From Chrysemys picta bellii (Eukaryota): a stretch of 64,000 bases of DNA. The notes under the pieces are model-generated. The model was not told the DNA's origin. It did not search any database and was given only the letters and a program-made list of their open reading frames with translations. Positions 60,501-64,000 of the stretch are shown here, piece by piece. The translations under genes were made by a program, and so were the position numbers. The stretch lies in NCBI RefSeq assembly GCF_011386835.1, contig NC_088793.1, forward strand, positions 153,946,001-154,010,000. The letters run 5' to 3'. Every line of letters starts with the position of its first letter. The first letter of the stretch is position 1.

Positions 60501-61554
60501 ACACATTGTCAGCGAGACTACGGAGAGGCTTACAATTAAGCAATGAGTTTAAAAGCATGAATGCAACTCTGAGGGGGGAGTGGGTGTATACGTGTAGCAC
60601 AGGGCAGAATATGATCCACACAGTGCTAAGCTGGAGGTCACTGTCACTGGTGACCGGCATCGGCCCATGCAGTATACTGAACTGCACAAGAAGGGGGGGA
60701 GGGTGGGTGTGCGATGAGCTGGGTCACATTTTGTATTAGAAATAAGTCACAACTACATGTTCTGAATGCCTCAATACCAGGAGACGTATGTCAGTAGCTG
60801 AATTCAGACCTACCTCTGTGGGGCCATGTCTGCACTGGCTCCAAAACTACAAAAGCAGCTCATTACTGGTCATGTTGTGGCTGTGTCTGAAACTGATTAT
60901 GCAAGATGATGGAAACCTCATGAGAAATGCCAACTCAGAGTTCTGACATTTGGGCCAAAATCTTGCTCCACACCATTCAACCTCAGCTCTAAACCTAGTC
61001 TTGATTCAACAGATCCTAAGCCCAGCGGCACGCTGAACACCACTGTCCTAGTCCAAAGCACTTTGCACAGAGACTATCAAAAGGAAGATTTCATTAGAAC
61101 TATCTGAGGTTTGTGCCTCTTTGAAGATCTCATCCTACGCTAGTCTCACCAAGTATGGGAGAAGAAAATATTGTCAGCAAATCTGAATTACAATTCCCCA
61201 TTTTTCACTGACCAAAACATGCTGTTCATGTGGGCCAGCTGTAAATGGTAGCAATGGTTTTAGCTCTCGTTGTGAGCTTCATCCATGTAAGGTGACCCCC
61301 GCCCCCCACAATAAAATTATAGATGCACACCACAAGGCAGAGGCAGAAAAGCAATCAATCAGTATGTCTCCATGCTCTCCCCTTGAATCGGGAGGAGGAA
61401 AAAAAGCTATCCAGGCATTTGTTCTTCTTCCTTTGCTGATGATGTAAGGGGTCTTTTTTTTTTTTAATGCTACTTTTAACAGAAGCAATTGGAAACTAAC
61501 AATAACTGTGGAGTTGCAGGGTTAGGCAATCCCAGCTCTGTAGCTCAATACGCT

Positions 61555-63741
61555 TGAAACTGACGGTCACAGTTTATTAAGTTTTCAGCTATGCTCCTTT
61601 AAGACCATATGACTAGGTTCTGCCCTCAGCTATACATGCTAGTAGAGCAGTAAAAACTCAGAGCGGTTTCTTGCCTTGAAAGGAGTGAGAGAAAGCAAAA
61701 AGCTTTCCCTTGGGGTCTGCTTGAAAAAAATTCATTTGGACCCTTTTTGAAAAAGGAAAAGAAAGCTGAAATGTCTAAAGAAAATTTCAGTTCCACATGG
61801 ATAATATTGCAGTGCAAACAGCCTTGATGGTACACAGTAAAGCTCAGTCCTTGTTCTCCCATGGAACACGTTGTCTTTCCTGAGACCGTAGAAGAGTTCT
61901 TCACTTCTTGTAGTAGCAAGAGTAGTGTGAATGCAACAGTGCTAAGCTAGATGGAATGGCAGCCCTGTTCCAGTGTCTGGAAGCAAGTCACTCCTCTAGT
62001 GGCTGGTCCACCGAGAGGATTAGACACCCCAATATCCTTTTAGCTCAAGTGGAAGAGGCCTCTGTATTTGCCACAGATGGTCCTGAGTTCTGGTCCCCAC
62101 TACATGAAATCCATGCAGCCATGACATGCGACATACCAGTAGCAGATGAGTGAAGTCCAAAGCACCCACAGAATCATTACAGTTCACAATTCAGACCTGC
62201 TAACATAAGCCTCATTTAAAAAAAAAAAAAAGTTTGATGCACAATTTCAACATTACGCTACTAAGACGTCAGCATTATTTACCAGAGGGGTGGGGGAAGG
62301 CAGAGCAGGGACAAGAACTTCACTTTAAAGATGGGGGTCTCAGGTCATAGTCGTCAGATTTGGATCTTTCTCTGACACCCCAAAGCCTGGGGTGTTTTGA
62401 TCTGGGGCTCTGGTTTCTTTCGTTAGAGATTTTACTGCAAAGTTTGGATCCAGGACTGGATGCTGAACCACTCCCCCAACGTTAAAGGTCTTGGATCCAG
62501 CCCCATCTCTTCTATATTCCTTTGCTGCTGCTCCGATAGACCTATTTCTATGGAAATAGGCACCGTGTATTTTAGACAGCACTGCTGCTTCAGCAGCCCC
62601 AGCGGAGTATATTGTAAATGATTAATGTACATCTGAATTCAACTCTTATGTGTATATTGTAACAACACACGTTTCATGCACAAGGTGTACAGAATGCAGC
62701 AGTGCAGCTTTGGTTTTTTAACGGACTAGCATACAAGAATTCTGTTAAAGGAACGAGGGTAATGAACCCTTGAAATGCAGACACTGCCTAGAATCAGATG
62801 AGGGTACAAAGTCAAGCCTTCTGGTTGGAGTTGTTAGTAAAGGGCATTTCAGACCTTTGTATTTCCATCTACTGGTGACTTCTCTCTGTAAAGGCCTTTT
62901 TAACATCTCTCTCACACAAAACTGGCCCTGTAAAATTCCATCTGAATTCCACTGAACAACAAGAGGTTCCTGTAGAACCCGGTGTTTCCTTTCTGTAGCA
63001 TAGAAAGAATTTTAAGGGGCCAGTACTGTCCTTGGCTTTGGGTCTGAAAAAAATATAAATCCTCCTCCTTTTGCACTTCATTCTCTTCCTCTACAGTTAG
63101 TTATCTTCCCATCTTACTCACAAACCAGACAGTGTGACTGGCATCTTTCCATTGCCTTGCCAATGATACCGTAATTACTGCATATTCAAGGGCTGGTGCA
63201 GACTATGTTACTGCAGTAATGCAACTTGGGAATGTTCCCTGGTGTCTTCATTCAAAGATGTTTTATCCTTTTTGTTTTGAATAAATGGTTCTTTCCCAAG
63301 CCACCTCAAACCTCTGCCATCCATAGGGGATTTTAAGAGTCCCATTCCACAGCAACCAGCAGCTTGGCAAGGAAAACCCCAAACATGAAATACTCAGGCA
63401 GTGAAACCTGACCTTACATTTTAGCGGAGCATACACAATTGAGAAGAAGCACACAGGGAAGGGCACGACACGACAATGACCATGCATATACGTTTATGCA
63501 ACCGAAAGCTGGGCCTTGCAGTTAACGTTAATATCCCCCCTTTCTCGTAGTAGTAGTAGCAGAGGCTCCAATGAGTTGAAGCTTCTTGGGTTATCTGAAA
63601 ACACGGCTTCAAAGGGTGGCACTTCAGAGCTAGTTGGCACATAATGAAAGTTAGCGTTGTCTGCTCTCTCTTGGATGACAAGGACAATACTCTCCAAGCT
63701 CAAGAGCCACACAGAATGAGAGTCAAGAGTGCAGAGGGCTC
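61555..63741 (-). other. ALK: Probable ALK 3' UTR
   Basis: Follows the ALK stop; first minus-strand AATAAA found at 61573-61578; proximal blocks resemble the human ALK 3' UTR as recalled. Confidence 0.55.

Positions 63742-64000
<259 letters not shown>

Noticed and set aside
60051-60739. 111-aa and neighbouring ORFs between CLIP4 and ALK
   Set aside because: Non-ATG start for the longest, no recognisable domain, no promoter or exon structure.

Overview
This is vertebrate genomic DNA, most likely from a turtle, judged from the Utopia/Penelope/CR1/hAT/Harbinger repeat landscape and the protein divergence. It covers the PCARE(C2orf71) - CLIP4 - ALK block known from other amniotes. Left edge: the 5' 662 codons of the large first exon of PCARE on the minus strand (ATG at 1988, MGCTPSHS...; the frame is open to the window edge and is absent from the ORF track). 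Middle: a CpG-island promoter (~12.4-13.85 kb) and the complete CLIP4 coding sequence on the plus strand, which I assembled by hand from 15 GT-AG exons (22691-55608; 2106 nt = 701 aa + stop; ankyrin repeats plus three CAP-Gly domains). Right edge: the last ~85 codons and 3' UTR of ALK on the minus strand. Introns and intergenic DNA are full of mobile elements. I cannot demonstrate a wholly new biological system. The best leads are: (1) two Utopia retrotransposon copies outside any U2 gene whose junctions each resemble one half of the U2 snRNA target site; (2) a TSD-flanked Penelope-derived hairpin in the CLIP4 3' UTR carrying a sense-strand hammerhead ribozyme core with a changed cleavage site; (3) an unclassified 307-bp inverted repeat (102-bp arms, 95/102 identical) between the PCARE and CLIP4 promoters; (4) a GC-skew flip, higher-order minisatellite and 50-bp tandem repeat at the CLIP4 promoter; (5) clustered miRNA seed sites in the CLIP4 and ALK 3' UTRs. 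All homology calls rest on recalled sequences, not on searches.
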